In this document: positions 48,251 through 62,400 of the stretch, in pieces
Layout of the letters: every line of letters starts with the position of its first letter
How positions within the stretch are numbered: the stretch's first letter is position 1
Source: Azolla caroliniana
Lineage: Eukaryota; Plantae; Polypodiophyta
NCBI GenBank assembly: GCA_043228905.1
Contig: JBHGNT010000115.1
Location: 14,863 to 78,862, forward strand
Length of the DNA stretch: 64,000 bases
Direction of reading: 5' to 3'
The notes under the pieces: generated by a model
Database searches by the model: none
What the model saw: the letters and a program-made list of their open reading frames with translations, nothing else
Told to the model about the DNA's origin: nothing
Program-made: the position numbers and the translations under genes

Positions 48251-50247
48251 CGTTATTACATATCAAACTAATGACGAGCAAAATAATTAGAGATTAAGAA
48301 AAAAGATGTATTAAAAGTGCTTAACCACATCAACCACTCAAGAACATTAAACAAACAAAAAATACCACCGATGTCCAACAACACCAAATATTACCTTATG
48401 TTATTCCCTTGGTGTTTTGAATAGCATACCTATAGCAGTTGACTAAGCCTTGTCAATAGATTCTCTATAGTGTCTCACGATGTTGGTGGTAGTTATTCCC
48501 CTTTATAAACCCCAACACCTAGACCACCACCGTGTGTGATGGGTTTGTCCCAAATCCTAGAGCTTATTAGATTTAGCTATACCAATATCCTGTAAGGTTA
48601 TGCCTAGAACACACGTTTATTTCAAGTGATCACCAAATTTCGGAATGTGGTGGATTATTGCGTATCCATTGAAAATTTTGAAGTCGTGGCCTAGAAATAT
48701 TTGTCAAGAGAACAAAATAAACTAACAGCACACATGTTAATAGTTATTGACTCGTAAATGTCTTGAGTGATTAGCACGATAATTTCCGAAAACACAACCC
48801 CAATAACTAATGATGCTAATGTATATTCATGGTTTAAATGTAAGGAATGGGAAAACAAAAGGAAGAAGCAACACTATAAAATTTGTTTGATTCTCTTCAC
48901 GGCACACAACATATCTAAGATGAGACACTTTTTCTTTTTTGTACCATGAAGGATGCCATGCACAAACACCAAAGCCATTTGGATTGGCAAGTCGCAACTT
49001 TGGCAATGTTAACTTGGAAAAGTTTGTCAACCTTTTAAAGGATTTTGGCTCATTGAACCTAGTATTCGACTATGGTACATCTAGAGTATTAGGAGTGGGT
49101 CTATGGTACTATGAAAAGAGAGATTGACCTATAGAAATAAAGAAATAAAGAAAGAGATGAAGGAAGAATAGTCTATAACAACAATAATGTGATCTTTGTA
49201 AAAATAGATTGAACAATAGAAGTGTAATTATAGTCAGATTGCTGAAAATAGTCGGCCTTTTTTCCTAATATTACAAGGATCTAGACACTGTTTTTGGAAA
49301 CAATAATTAGAATCTTGTGGACATTGGTTTAGACAATGGTGCTAACGAACTCAAGGATGACAACAATGGCGTTCAACACATCCACGGTATTTGTGATTGT
49401 TCTTCATGGGCCACACGCATAAGCTTCGGATATCACGGAGAGATTACGAAGGTAAAAAACCAAACAAATGAGAGGGCAGGGAGGGGGGTTTGGGGCATTG
49501 GTGCTATGGAACAGTCCGTCTCGTTGGGATGAATAAATAAAACGGACGATGGATGGTTCATATTGGGACGAGTGGCAGGCACGGGATGTCTCCGAGGTGT
49601 GTGCTAAAGCACGGGGAGATTGCGGAGGAGAATGTAGAGTAAGGAGGTGAGCGTGGCATGGCACAAGTGTGTGGGAATTGCTGAAACCGTGGGGGGGGGG
49701 GGGGGGGGGGGCGAAAGATGGGTCGGGATTACCGACCTTGAGAACCGGGCATCGACACACTTATTCGAAATGGGTGGCGAGGCAAGGCTACAACGCGTAG
49801 TATGTACTTGGGACCGATCCGATTGCGAGGTGTGTGTGTCGGTGGGTGCATGTGTCCACGGGAAGGGTGAAGTGTTAGCTAGTGTGGTACGGGCGAGACA
49901 TATCCTAGGGAGAGAGAGAGCGTCCGTCTGTTGCGCCACGAAATGGAGAGAGAAGAGCGCCAGCACGGGCGCGCTTTAAAATGAAATATATATATATATA
50001 TATATATATATTTTATTTATTTTTTTACGGGGGAAAACGTAGAAAAAGGCGAAAAAGAAACAAAAGAAGGAAAGATTGTAATTTGAAGGCAGGAAAGGGG
50101 GAGATGTTTCCAAATAGAGGAGGATGGGGGGTAAATAAGTAAATAAATAAGGGCAAAAAAAAAAAAGAAGAGAGGAGAAGAAATAGGCGGAGATGGTGAC
50201 AGCGCATCCCAAATTCATTCATTCAGTCAGTCATGGTCACATCACTT

Positions 50248-50355
50248 TCATCATCATCATCATCATCATCATAACCATCAATATTTATCATCGTATTCAT
50301 TCATCATCATCATCATCATCATCATCATTATCATCATCATCATCATCATCATCAT
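50248..50355. repeat. (TCA)n microsatellites upstream of DREB2
   Basis: Direct reading. Confidence 0.9.
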
Positions 50356-50726
50356 CCACGTCATCACCTAATGTGTGGACGTTTGCCTTTTCAGGGGGCC
50401 AAGAAAATAATAAAAATAAGAAATCATAATTAAAAATAAACCAATAACTAAACTAGACAAGAAAAAACGAAAAACATATAAAATATCTCTATCTATCTAT
50501 CTCCCCGCCCCCCCATCCCGCCCTAATTAATTAATTAATTAACTCAACAAATTGAGACAGAATTAAAATTTTGTTTCCTTCCTCGTCCGGGCTCCTTGTC
50601 AAAAATCCTTTTATTTTATTTACTTATATATAGATAATATAAATTCTATCCAGTTTTTCTTCCCCCTCTTCCCCCTTCCCCTTTGGCCTTTCCTTTTTTG
50701 CCCATAATTGGTTGGGGTTTTGCCTC

Positions 50727-52166
50727 ATGAGACCTCCTTCCCAACGCAGAGGCAGCTCAGTCACAGAAGTGTTGGCCTCTTGGGCTGAGAAAAACAAAAC
50801 ACAATTCAATCCCAATTCCAACAACCCCTCCACTTCCTCATTCCATCCAAACCCTAACCCTAACCTGAACCATAACCATACCCCGGACCCTAACCTTGAC
50901 CCTGACCACCCTACCTCCATCTCCATCTCCACATCCACCTCTAACCCCGATCATCCTTGTTCTTCTTCTTCTTCTTCTTCTTCCCTGGCAGGAGGATTGC
51001 TGGGCCTGAAGAAACACGTGAGGAAGATCCCTAGCAAGGGCCACAAGAAAGGATGCATGAAAGGCAAAGGTGGGCCGGAGAATGCACTATGTAGCTACAG
51101 AGGGGTGAGGCAACGCACGTGGGGCAAGTGGGTGGCCGAGATAAGGGAGCCGAATCGGGGTGCCAGGCTCTGGCTAGGCACGTACGCGACCGCCCAAGAG
51201 GCGGCCATGGCATACGACGAAGCCGCACGGACCCTTTATGGTCCCACTGCCCCCCTTAACTTGTCCTTGGATCAATTGGAAACACCCTTACTAGGGCAGC
51301 AATTAGGTCACCAAGGGTATGTGGCACAACTCGGACACACGGGACAATTAGGTACCTCCTCCTCGTCAAATCGGCCTCCTTTCGTCTCCCCTTGGCCGCC
51401 TGTCTCGTCCGTCTTGCCAAACTTAGACATAGAATTGCCAGCTGATGGCACCTCCTCCTCATCCATTAGCCTCGTCCCAACCATCGTGACGGCATCATCT
51501 CATCCCGTCTCGCAAGCATCATCGTCACACAGCCTTGCCTCGATCGGCCACATGATGAAAACCGACCCGCCCGTTGTCGTCGACAGCTTACTAGATGCCT
51601 TGTTGCAGCAAGTTGTGAAAGCCGAGCCCTCGGATCAGCACCAAATCATAAATGGCTTCCGTGTCCAAGATGTGCGGTATGCCGTCTCGACTTTGGCCTC
51701 GACTTCATCGGCCTCTTCCTCGTCCACCACATCTCTGGTTGTGTTGGTGCCCCCGTTGCCTTCGAACAACCCCCATGACCTCAATCCGATACACGAGGCC
51801 CTAAGCTTTGATGGCGGAGATGACCTCTTTCACACTGGAACAGAGCTGGATGATAGTTTGTTCAACCTCGGTAATCTCGACAAGCCCCTAGAGCGCGGGG
51901 ACTCGGCCACATCCAAGGAGTTTTGGGAAGGTGTGGCCTCTCACTTAGGCCCCTTGGCACACCTGCAATCCCAATCCAAGGGGTTCCAATCACACATGGA
52001 GGACTCTCTTGCCCCATTGGAAGATATGGAGCTAGTAGACCCTTGCAAGCTTCTAGAGAACGACGTGTTGTGGCCATTGCGGTCACCCCACACGGATCTA
52101 CCGCCATTGGAGTCTGTAACCTTGCAAGAGCTATCCAATTCTACTCTATGGGACAAATCAAGGTGA
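50727..52166 (+). CDS. DREB2: DREB2-type (A-2 subgroup) AP2/ERF transcription factor, intronless, ~479 aa
   Basis: [21 protein letters not shown] motif directly before the AP2 domain [30 protein letters not shown] (V14/E19). N-terminal SVTEVLASW motif; acidic C-terminus. Confidence 0.92.
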   Translation: MRPPSQRRGSSVTEVLASWAEKNKTQFNPNSNNPSTSSFHPNPNPNLNHNHTPDPNLDPDHPTSISISTSTSNPDHPCSSSSSSSSLAGGLLGLKKHVRKIPSKGHKKGCMKGKGGPENALCSYRGVRQRTWGKWVAEIREPNRGARLWLGTYATAQEAAMAYDEAARTLYGPTAPLNLSLDQLETPLLGQQLGHQGYVAQLGHTGQLGTSSSSNRPPFVSPWPPVSSVLPNLDIELPADGTSSSSISLVPTIVTASSHPVSQASSSHSLASIGHMMKTDPPVVVDSLLDALLQQVVKAEPSDQHQIINGFRVQDVRYAVSTLASTSSASSSSTTSLVVLVPPLPSNNPHDLNPIHEALSFDGGDDLFHTGTELDDSLFNLGNLDKPLERGDSATSKEFWEGVASHLGPLAHLQSQSKGFQSHMEDSLAPLEDMELVDPCKLLENDVLWPLRSPHTDLPPLESVTLQELSNSTLWDKSR

Positions 52167-52949
52167 AAGGAATCTAGCCCCCAAATTTAAGGTCAACCTA
52201 TGTCTCTTGTTTTCTTGTCCCTTCTGTTTGTGTATATCTGGAGAGCCTTACTTGAGAAAATTTTCCCGATAAGAAGTTATAGGCTAGACAAAGCTTGTTG
52301 TAGACTAGATTATTTTACAACATAGATTCTTATTCGAATGATGTGCCTCAAAAGCATCGAAGGATCCATTCATTACGAGGTATGAAACAACCCAATGAAT
52401 TTGTTCATGTGGGCATCTATTATGACTTGGGGTAATTTCAACTTAGCCCTCCGAATGTTAAGAGGGTATTTTGGTTGTCATCTCTTCTTCACTTTGATCT
52501 ATTTCTTGTTTGATGCCACCACATCACCTTGGTAGAGCTATCAAGAAAGGTGAAAGTAATATAGGAATCATACAAAGAAGGAATTACATTGTGTTGTTCA
52601 AAAGTTTGTACATAAAAAGGAGTGTTGGGACATTTGCACCTTAGTCATGTCATGTGAGGAATAAAACATTATGTAGCCAGACCAGGCTATTTTTAGATCA
52701 TAGCTTCTTCTTAATTTGGCAACAATATATGTAGACTTTTCCTTTTCTAAACATGTACAAGAAAATTTATAATGATAGTGGAGCAATTGAGTGAAAGAAG
52801 AGCTTATTGGTTCTCTTGTTTAATAGCTTCTTTTCAATTATCGCTTTGTGCAGTGGACTCTTTCAAAATAATTATGCTTCTCTTGTTTAATAACTTCTTT
52901 TCAATGATTGCTTTGCTAGGGACTCTTTTAGAATAACTATTGTTTGAGG

Positions 52950-55270
52950 TTTCAAAGATAGGCCAAACTCAAGAACCTAGTGGCTTCTTCACATTGGTCA
53001 ATTGGACTTTCAATGATTCGGTAAATGTTTGTGTTAGGGTGCAACATGCATTGGCATTTTAAGAGAGATGCATCAACGTATGTGTGAAATGTGCATAGGT
53101 TGGCTAACATGAATCATAAACTTATGGATGTAAGGTGTGTAGAGGTGGTATGCATGTAATGCTCTTACCCATGTATTTGTGGGAATGCTTCCAATGTTTC
53201 TAACAATATTTGAGAATTTGAAAATAGAAAAATGAAACATCAAGAAATATGGCTAGCAATATTAAAGTTGATGATTTACATATCGGCTAATCACTAAGGG
53301 ATCATCAACCATTAATAAGTTTTTGATGTAGTAACATTAATGATAATTTTCTAGTCAGTGTCACAGGTAGAATCCTACAAGAAATGCCATGTTCACTTGA
53401 GGAACTTTTCACAACATTCCTATATTCAGACTTGTGAGCTGTGAGCTATTAACATGGCGATGCTTAATTTGAAATGGCCTTTAGATGAGGAATAAAGAGT
53501 ATAAAGTCCAAACTATGATGATAAGAAGTATGAGCCCAAACTATATTTTTATAATGTATGCTTCTATTTGCCATCCAAACTTCGCATTTTATGAATGCTT
53601 CTATATGTTTACCTCATGATACTACTAAAGCTTTTATCGGCATTGTCCCATAGATCTCATCGAATCAATTTTGTATTATTGCTATAATTATTGGCATTGT
53701 CCCATAGATATCATTTACTCAATCTTGTATTATTGCTATTTTTTTATTATAATGTATGCTTCTATTTGTCCTAGCATTTGAGGAATAGATGCAAATGTTT
53801 AAGTGGACATACCTTTGATTTGCACCAAGAGAATTAGAATGTCTAAATCTATAAAATGACATCCATTTTATACATCAAACTCTTTTAATTCTACCAAGTC
53901 ATTACAAAAATTAGACCTTGACAAATGTTTTTACCCATAATTGATTGTATCAACATGATACATCCATTGGGTCTTTTTGAAAGCCAAATAATTGAAAATG
54001 CTTTTTGGGTTTCAAAGATTCTTACCGTGCAATGATGTCATTTTAGTATCTCTAACAATAATGGTTTGAAAGAATGTTTCACATGAAGATAGGAAAATAA
54101 TAGGTCCAACATAGACACAATAATTAGCAAGACAAACTTAACAATCCTTCTCTCTTCACCTTTGTTATCAACCTATAAACTTTTTGTTATGTTTTCTCAA
54201 CTACGAAGGCATGGACCAATCAATCAAGTTGTGCTAAATTAACATCACAACTTCTTGACCATAGACTAGTTGAAATGGCATGTTAGGTCATGACTTTCAA
54301 TGACATAATACGAAATGTTCAAAGGATTGCATATAGATTTTGATCAAATTGAATGAGGAGGCAATTATTATCTTATCTAACATATTTTACATGATTTTAT
54401 TCAGGCTTTCTTCTTGGCTCTTGCTTCTAGGGTAATATGGAGTGGCCATGAATATATTAGATACTCATCGAGAATACATGTTGTCGAGCTTTCTTGGTAT
54501 ACCCAATAGACGACCTTTGATATTGACTATCCAAATTCCAACCTCATGATTGTTAGACGTTATAAAGTCTGTTTGTATAGTGTGAAAGTTTTTTCATGTA
54601 TCGAATCAAATGTAGCTTGATTCTTGATCTATAGGTATTTTGTATATTAAATATCCAATACAAGGATTCACAATCTTATAAGCAATATGTCTAAATGAGG
54701 TATAAACCCATACTTATTTCATGGACACCTATGTGTTGTGAGTGGTTCTTTGATTCTCTTAAAACTATGCCCAACTCCAACATATAGAGTTCACACTCTA
54801 AATGGAGGTTTCTCTCAGGGTTCTCTCCATTTCTTGATGCATTGTACAAGAGGACTACTCATGGACAACACTTTAGCCTTCTATGTTATGCTTAGAACAC
54901 AACCAAATTTTCTTTTCATATGTGGCAGGAACTTGAATTTGAGGAAAAGCAGGGAATCAAAATTGGAGGCAATGTAGAAGTGTGATTTTATTTGATTCAG
55001 GAAGATGTTCATCCAAAGGCAATATTTGTACCACAATCTTGGGGAGAAGACACATCTGAAGACAATTGATACCTTAGATGTTTTGTGCATGATGATGGCA
55101 TGGAATAAGAGATAAATAAATAGAACATATGAAGTATATATCTCTTTATGAGAATGTATATGTATGCGTGTATGTACGTACATACTTACTATTGAATTAA
55201 TCAACCAAAATTGTTGGGAGCGATGTTGTACCAAAACGTTCATATCAAAATTGCAAATACCCTCCAAATT
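52950..55270. pseudogene. Weak decayed PPR-like sequence on both strands, with small tandem duplications
   Basis: VFVG(N)A at 53173 on +; NSIVSMYV (~55175-55200) and SHFYIAS on -. Nearby 67-bp (52810-52945) and 57-bp (53638-53740) duplications. Confidence 0.3.
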
Positions 55271-56420
55271 TTGGATGGCAATACCTCCATATTGTGAAAG
55301 TTATATTTCTTAGTGAGTAGGAACCTTTTTGGGGGCCACTAAATGTCATCGTTTGTATTATTATTTTATGGATTGTAGTCTACGCTCTTAGTCTAAATGC
55401 CACCTTCGTCATAGACCTTTGACCTTACAAGTTACAACACACATTTTATATCACATATCAATGCACATGATAAAAAAAGTGGAGAGCAGTTGGTGATCAC
55501 GATCCAAGTGGATTACCAAAATCATGTTACATCATGTCCTAAACATCAACTAGTGGAGGTGAACCACCAAGTGGATCAACTAATTCTCATGTGTTGCAAC
55601 ATCCTTAGTTTAGAAAGAGCCAGCTCATTGCTTATCATCACATGGTTTTTGAAAGAGGTTCACATGTTTCTTGAGTGCAATCACAATTTTACTATTAATA
55701 TTGTTTAGTGATGGGTGATTGTTGCACATTTCTCTATTTATTCCCAACAGAATTTTGGCCACTTATTACCATCAGCCATGCTAGCTTATTCCATTCATGA
55801 AATGTAAATACCACTCGTGACAAAAGAAGCCAACTGATAAGTTCTACGAGGTTTGTATTCGTCATGCTCAACGTCTCCTTGAGCTCCTTTGTAGCTTTCT
55901 TGGGAATGCCACTCTCTTGCAAAATAAGCTCGTACGATATGAGTTTCACAATATATGAAAGTTTCCTGATGGAGATTATCAACTTGAATTTGATTCATAA
56001 TGAATCGACACAAAGTAGTGTTGCTTTGGTTTCTAGTTTGAAATGGAAATGTTTTGCTCATCGACAAAACTCTCACAAAAAGTTGTATCAAGTTTCAAAT
56101 AAGCGCAACTTTCAAATGTGAAAAAAATATCTTCTGAACATTCCCGACAGGGAAAATAATGCTATGCCAAAAGTGCCACAATTGAACACATTTTGCAAAG
56201 CCAAATCATAAATTGATTATCTATCCTTTGTAAAACTTCCCCTTCACAAAACTTCTGCAGATTCACCACTATACATTTGTGCATCTGCATCATGTTCAGT
56301 TAATCAGGAACCAATCAGAATTTTAGTTACAGGTTCTTTACTAAAGAGCCACGAAATGAGCTTTCTGTCGATATGTGGTAGTTCAAAGTAGAGCATCTCC
56401 CAGATTCATTAGCCGAACTT

Positions 56421-59400
56421 TCAGTCTATCATAGATTGGCCTTCAACATCCCAGGTACCGCCCCACGATAAGGAACCACAAGGAACTCCACCCCTTATTT
56501 TCTTTTGCAGATGTTCCAAGCTTGCAACACGTTGCATCGATGGCGTTCTTCCCATTTTGGTGCCAAGCTGTTGTTGCTGCTTGTCACCATTCACTGGTAC
56601 AGAGGCTTCAGTTGTTGAAGTTGCAACTATGAACAATCAAGAATCAAGCAAATTAAGCAGAGACATCAGAAATCAATGTAGCCAGATGGCGTGGACTTGT
56701 AATTCAAGCCCTTCCTTATAAATGTGAGGTCTGGAGTTCAATTCTCCAGTTGCCGCAAATGGCAATTGAACCCCCATCAAGTGATTGAACCATCATAATA
56801 CCATGGCTTTTTGGATATTTACCAGAATACCCCTAAGATTTAAGAAAGCACCAGAGCACCCCTGTATAGCAGTCACTTTTATACTACAGTGGTCAATTTA
56901 CGGGTATTCTCATAAGGCCTCAAATATAGGGGTATTTTGGTGTTTTTCCAAAAACAAAATAAGATTGGCTTCAACATGTGGAGGCTAATATTTACCTGGT
57001 CGAATCACCGACCGTGTTACAATTTCCTCCGCCATTTTGACCTGTAGAATAAAAATCATTGAAGCTGAAAATAAGCCTTGATGAAAGATACGCCTCATCT
57101 ATAAAAAAGACTCGGACAGCTGCATTTATTAGATTTGAATTTTGGGACCAATAAAAGCAGAATCTTGCCTTAGCTCTAAGTGCCTCAACATCTGATTTAA
57201 GGACGCGGTTATCTATGAGTGCGTCGTTGAACTTCTGAGTGATTTCTGTAAGTTGTTTAAACAATGTCGAATTCTCTACTCTCAGCTGTGCCACCTGTCA
57301 ATACCAAAAAGATTCAGCTAAAATGGCAACAATATGTAGATGTTCTGATCATATACAGAATCTTTGGGTGGCACTAAAACTAGAGACTAGCCACGAAACC
57401 CTAGGTCTATATCCAGCCCATCCCAATCACACTGTGTCACAGACATGTGGTCATAGCCAATCTCTAGCCTTATTATTAACTCCTTATTGTTATGCGTATG
57501 CTGTTAAACAGTAAAATAAAAGACATGACAAGATGCATCTCCCAAAAGAAACATGGGGAAGGTTAGTTTTTATCCTAGGACTTCACCTGCATTTCAAGAT
57601 CACTAAGATGCGCCTGTTTCCTCCTCCGTGACCGCCTTGCAGACTCCCGATTCGATAGCATTCTGATGCATACTCTCAACCATATGAGACTACAGATAAA
57701 GCAGAGTTTCTATTCCTAAGTTTCAAAATATGCTCGTTATTACCTCCGCATTCGTTTGATATCACCAGGAGCTGTGTTTGAGCCGGATTCGACTTCAACA
57801 TCATCATCATCACTCTGTTCCCTAGAAGAACCGCTAGTATTCAGCCTGGCTGATCCCGAGAATGTAACTCCACTTTTTGGCTTTGGAGGCAATGCCGGGA
57901 TGCCTATTGGCCCAACTGCTAAACTATCTGGATTCGGTGCAGAAGTTGATTCTGCATCTCGCATGCAGTATGAGAAAGGCAATCAAAATATTGGAAAATT
58001 TATAACCATATTTGGAAGGCATGACATATAAACTTGAACATACCTTTGAATACTGGTTCAACTTTAGGAATGGTTGGAACAGTGGACAAATTCTGTGTGC
58101 TAATTCCAACATTCCTCTGCTTAGACTGTTGCACGCCTACAGCAAAGCAGGTAGGTGTTTTAGTACTAATCAAACACGTTCAAGGTAAAAAAAAAAAGTG
58201 CTAAATGGCTATCCAAATGGTGCAACCCTACTAAAAGAACTCCATAACACAATTACCTTTTGTAAGGAAACATAAGATGGCACAATTTACCACATGCAGG
58301 TGTTTAATGCAATTCAAATTATATGTACAAATCAACCCCTTTGCTGTAACATGCTATTACGGCTTATGCATTGAAAAGGAGAATATGAAGATGTAAGATG
58401 AACTGACTAGTAACCTTACCCAGAGCAAAATGCTTGAACAAGCTAAGTTGGTACTAAATGTATTATAAGTTACAAAAGTAGGCTACATGCCAAAATCCAA
58501 AGCAAAAAATAATGTAGCAATCATCTCTAGATATGACACGCATTTCTTAGTGCAGTAATTTCTATCCAAGCTTGTAAAATTTTTCAATGCTTGGAAAATA
58601 ATAAATGAACAGCTGTGGACATTAAGGAACATGACACCTTGTGTAACTACGATGATGGTGTCATATAATTCTCTTCCTTGATGCTCGATAAAATCTCTTC
58701 ATTTTGCATTCCTTCCTTGGCTTCAATGAACTTTGCTTTGGTTGGATATGCTTTAGCACTCTATAAATCTGGTTTGTCTTTCCTTCAAGAAAAGTCCAGC
58801 TACATATAACTAGTTGATGTTTTACTTGTGCCTTGAGGGATAAAATGCAACATAAAGACTTTCATGGTGATAATAAGCCTAAGAGTTTCACACATTCAAG
58901 TTTTTGGATGCCAAACATACACATATGGTTCAAACCAAAAACATAAGACACTGGATATCATAGGCATTGTTAACATTATGGTTGTTTATGTAACAGATGA
59001 TATAGGCTACAGGTTGCTTGATACAATCAATTTCTTCAATGCCATAAAATGTTTTGGTATGTTCATGGTATGGCTTCGCCTTGTTGGGTAACAATAGCAT
59101 AGCCAATACTTGGTAATATTTTTCGCAGGCACATATCCCATCTCAAGTAGTCATGCACCAAGATAAACATGAATAAAAGAAACATCTCTTTATTTTTTAT
59201 AGATTCAACGGGGATCAACATATATTCGCATAATAAACAGAATAAATTCTTTAGGGTTTTAGAAGGTCAGACTTCTTCATAAGTAGGAGAAAAAGACCCT
59301 ATTTGTATTGGTTAATAATTGCTTCATTATATATTACAATTTCATTCTACAGTTGAGGAGTCAAAAAATCTGTGAATTGATTTGGATTTCTCCTTCCTTA

Positions 59401-62400
59401 GTCCATAAATAGAAACTGTGATGAATAGATGTGCAATAATCGGCATCAATGGGGAACAACTCCAAGTGGACCGAGATTCTATGATATGTATATAATCATA
59501 AGACTTTTTTGAGCCATGATGTTATTTTTTACAGTTGGATAATCTTGACACTCATGTAAGTAGAGATTGGATGCACACAATCATAGTCAAATGATAATCA
59601 AGTGAAGCGAGCAAAATATGCAAGCTCCCAGTCATGTGCTATGTAATGAAGAGACCAATGCATGAAAAGGCACAAAATCTCTCTACGGTTCAAACTTGCA
59701 CCTTGTGCATGGCATAACCAAATTCATGCTTGTTCACTATGGCTTCACTCAATGCCCACATGAGAGCACTTTATAAGTGTGGCTTAATGTGATGATGTGC
59801 TCATGATAATTTTGTATGTAGATGGCATGATTTTTACACAACAATGAGCAAAAACTTTATGGATATGGGAACCCTTAAATACTTCTTGGGAATTAAGTTT
59901 CATTTTCTCAAGAGGGTAATTCACATATGACAACAAAAGTAGACAGAGGATCTCTTGAAGAAGTTCAAGATGCAAGAGAGCAACCCTACCCTCACTCCAA
60001 CGGAAGCAAACCACACCTTTGAGTTGTATGATGGTGAGTGTGATGTGGATCCTACTCACTATCCCTAGGTCGAGCTCTCATTGATATAATTATGAGACAT
60101 TGGCGTGCAATACACAGGTTCCTATTTAAGTTGTTATATGTCACACTCCAAAGAATCACATTGGAAGGATGTGAAACAGGTCCTTCAATATGTTTGTGGC
60201 ATTATGTTCCTTGGCACACTCTACAGTTATAATGATTGCAATTGAGAAAGTGATAAGGAGACAGCAAGGGTACAACAGGATGTTTACACTTGGCACTTCT
60301 ACTATCACATGGGGTACATGGAAGTAAACAATTGTATTTACATCAACATGTAACGGCTGAAGTAAAATACAGTGCACTATATACCATCACATAAGTGTAT
60401 ATGGACATAGAGCCTACTCGGAAGAATGAGTAGACTTCCATACCTACTCAATCCATCTACTTGGTCATACAATTTTGTTTCTTTCTGGATTTGCTAGCCA
60501 ATGGAGGATCAATACAGTGTCTTGCAAACCGCCTTGATAGTTGAACCATAGTTAGCTAGACAAGTTAGGCCTGCCTCATATATGAAGGAACCCTCTCACT
60601 TTTATTAGATTACACTCTGCTTTTTGCTTTGCCATAATTATGGTGACGCTCCAACTCCTTCACCATTTGTTGACTCCATTGCTAGTATGATCTTTTCTAC
60701 TTCATTTCACCTACAGAACTTGTATTTTAAGAAACTTTATAACAGCATAACCCCCAATTCATACCCAAATGATCAGCTCAGTAAAGAACTATCTCTAGCC
60801 TTCTAAATTGAGAACCCAGAATATTAAAATAAAAGTATGTGTGGCAAATCACAAACAGCAATTTACAGCATATACGCTATTGCCGCAGCACAAGTAAGGT
60901 CAACATGGGAGAAAAAGTACACTTTCAAATCATATACAACCAAAGCCTTGATTGACCCAATGACATCTCTTATATATTTGGTTGATGCACACAAAAAAAC
61001 TCATAACCAAATACACATGTGATTTAGAGATACCAATATTAAAGGTTCAAACAAAGTACCAAAAATGTTACTAGCTCCATTGGAACAGCCTTCAAAACAT
61101 TTTGCAGTAAATGAGGTTCAAAACCTATGACTTAAAAGATGCAAACTAGTCATACGATGCACATCCAAGGTAAAATGGTCACTGGATAGTCATATCACTT
61201 CACCATGAGATCTACGTTTGAGCATAGTGTACTAATGCCAAGTTCAAATGGATCATAGATGAGAATATAATTTCAATATGTGAGCCATCTCTGAACAGTA
61301 TTGCACATAATGCAAAGAACAATGGTCATAGATGAAAATACCATTTCACTTTACGAACTACTTCTGAAAATTATCATACACATGCCAACACTATGTTCTT
61401 AATAAATCAGAAGATGTAAAGCATTGTTAGGAGGAAAAAAGGTTGAGAAAGAGACCCGTGCTATAGCAACAGCTGCACAAGCCATATCGAGTTGACGTTT
61501 GAGCAGCATTTCGTATTCTTGTGGGTTTCTATGACTCAGATTAGGAATTTCATTCTGCAGCCCAGTGAATAAGGGATTGAGAGCACCTGAGATTTGTTGT
61601 TCGGGAAGAGGTTGTCCTTCTACAATCACAGAGGCTGTTGAAGAAGAATGATGATGATGATCGGGATCAAAATTTGAATCCAGATCAGGGGTCAGGTGAG
61701 GCTCGGGCTTTAGCTGGAGAGTAGCCATGGGTTCATTATCATCACAGACACGGCTGGGATTAGATTTAGTATCAGGGTTAAGATTAAGGTTAAGATTAGG
61801 ATTAGGGTTAAGGTTACGGTTGGGGTTGGGGTTGGGGTCAGGTTGAGGTTGAATTTTAGGGTTAGGGTTAGGTTTAAGTTTAGGGTTAGGGTCAGGATTA
61901 GAATTAGGATTAGGATTAGGATTAGGATTAGGATTATAATCTGCAACTGAATTGGGTTCTGAGCTATGCTTCTCTTTCTCCTCCTCTTTAGCTTCAGCAT
62001 CATTGAAGCTTTTCTCATCACAACTTTGCTCGTCGCAATCCCCAGATCCATTGCCACCATGAATCCTGAGATACTCTTGAAATGCAAACATGGAATCACT
62101 TCGGTTCATATCTTTTCCAAAACCCATATTAGGGCTATGGTTAGGGTCAGAATTAGAATCGTTGGTGCCCCCACTATGAATCCTCATAAACTCCTGAATT
62201 GCGAATAAGGAATCACTTCGATTCATGGCTTTCCCAAACTCCAAGCTAGGATTAGAGTTAGGGTTAGTGTTACTATTAGAGTCAGGGTTTGAATCATTGC
62301 CACAGCCATGAGTCCTGATAAACTCCTGAAATGCAACCACAGAATCATTGCGATTCATAACTTTCCCAGACCCTTGGGTAGGGTTTAAATCATCACCACC

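Noticed and set aside
50193-50429. ORF upstream of DREB2 as a conserved-peptide uORF
   Set aside because: It is just a translation of (TCA)n microsatellites.
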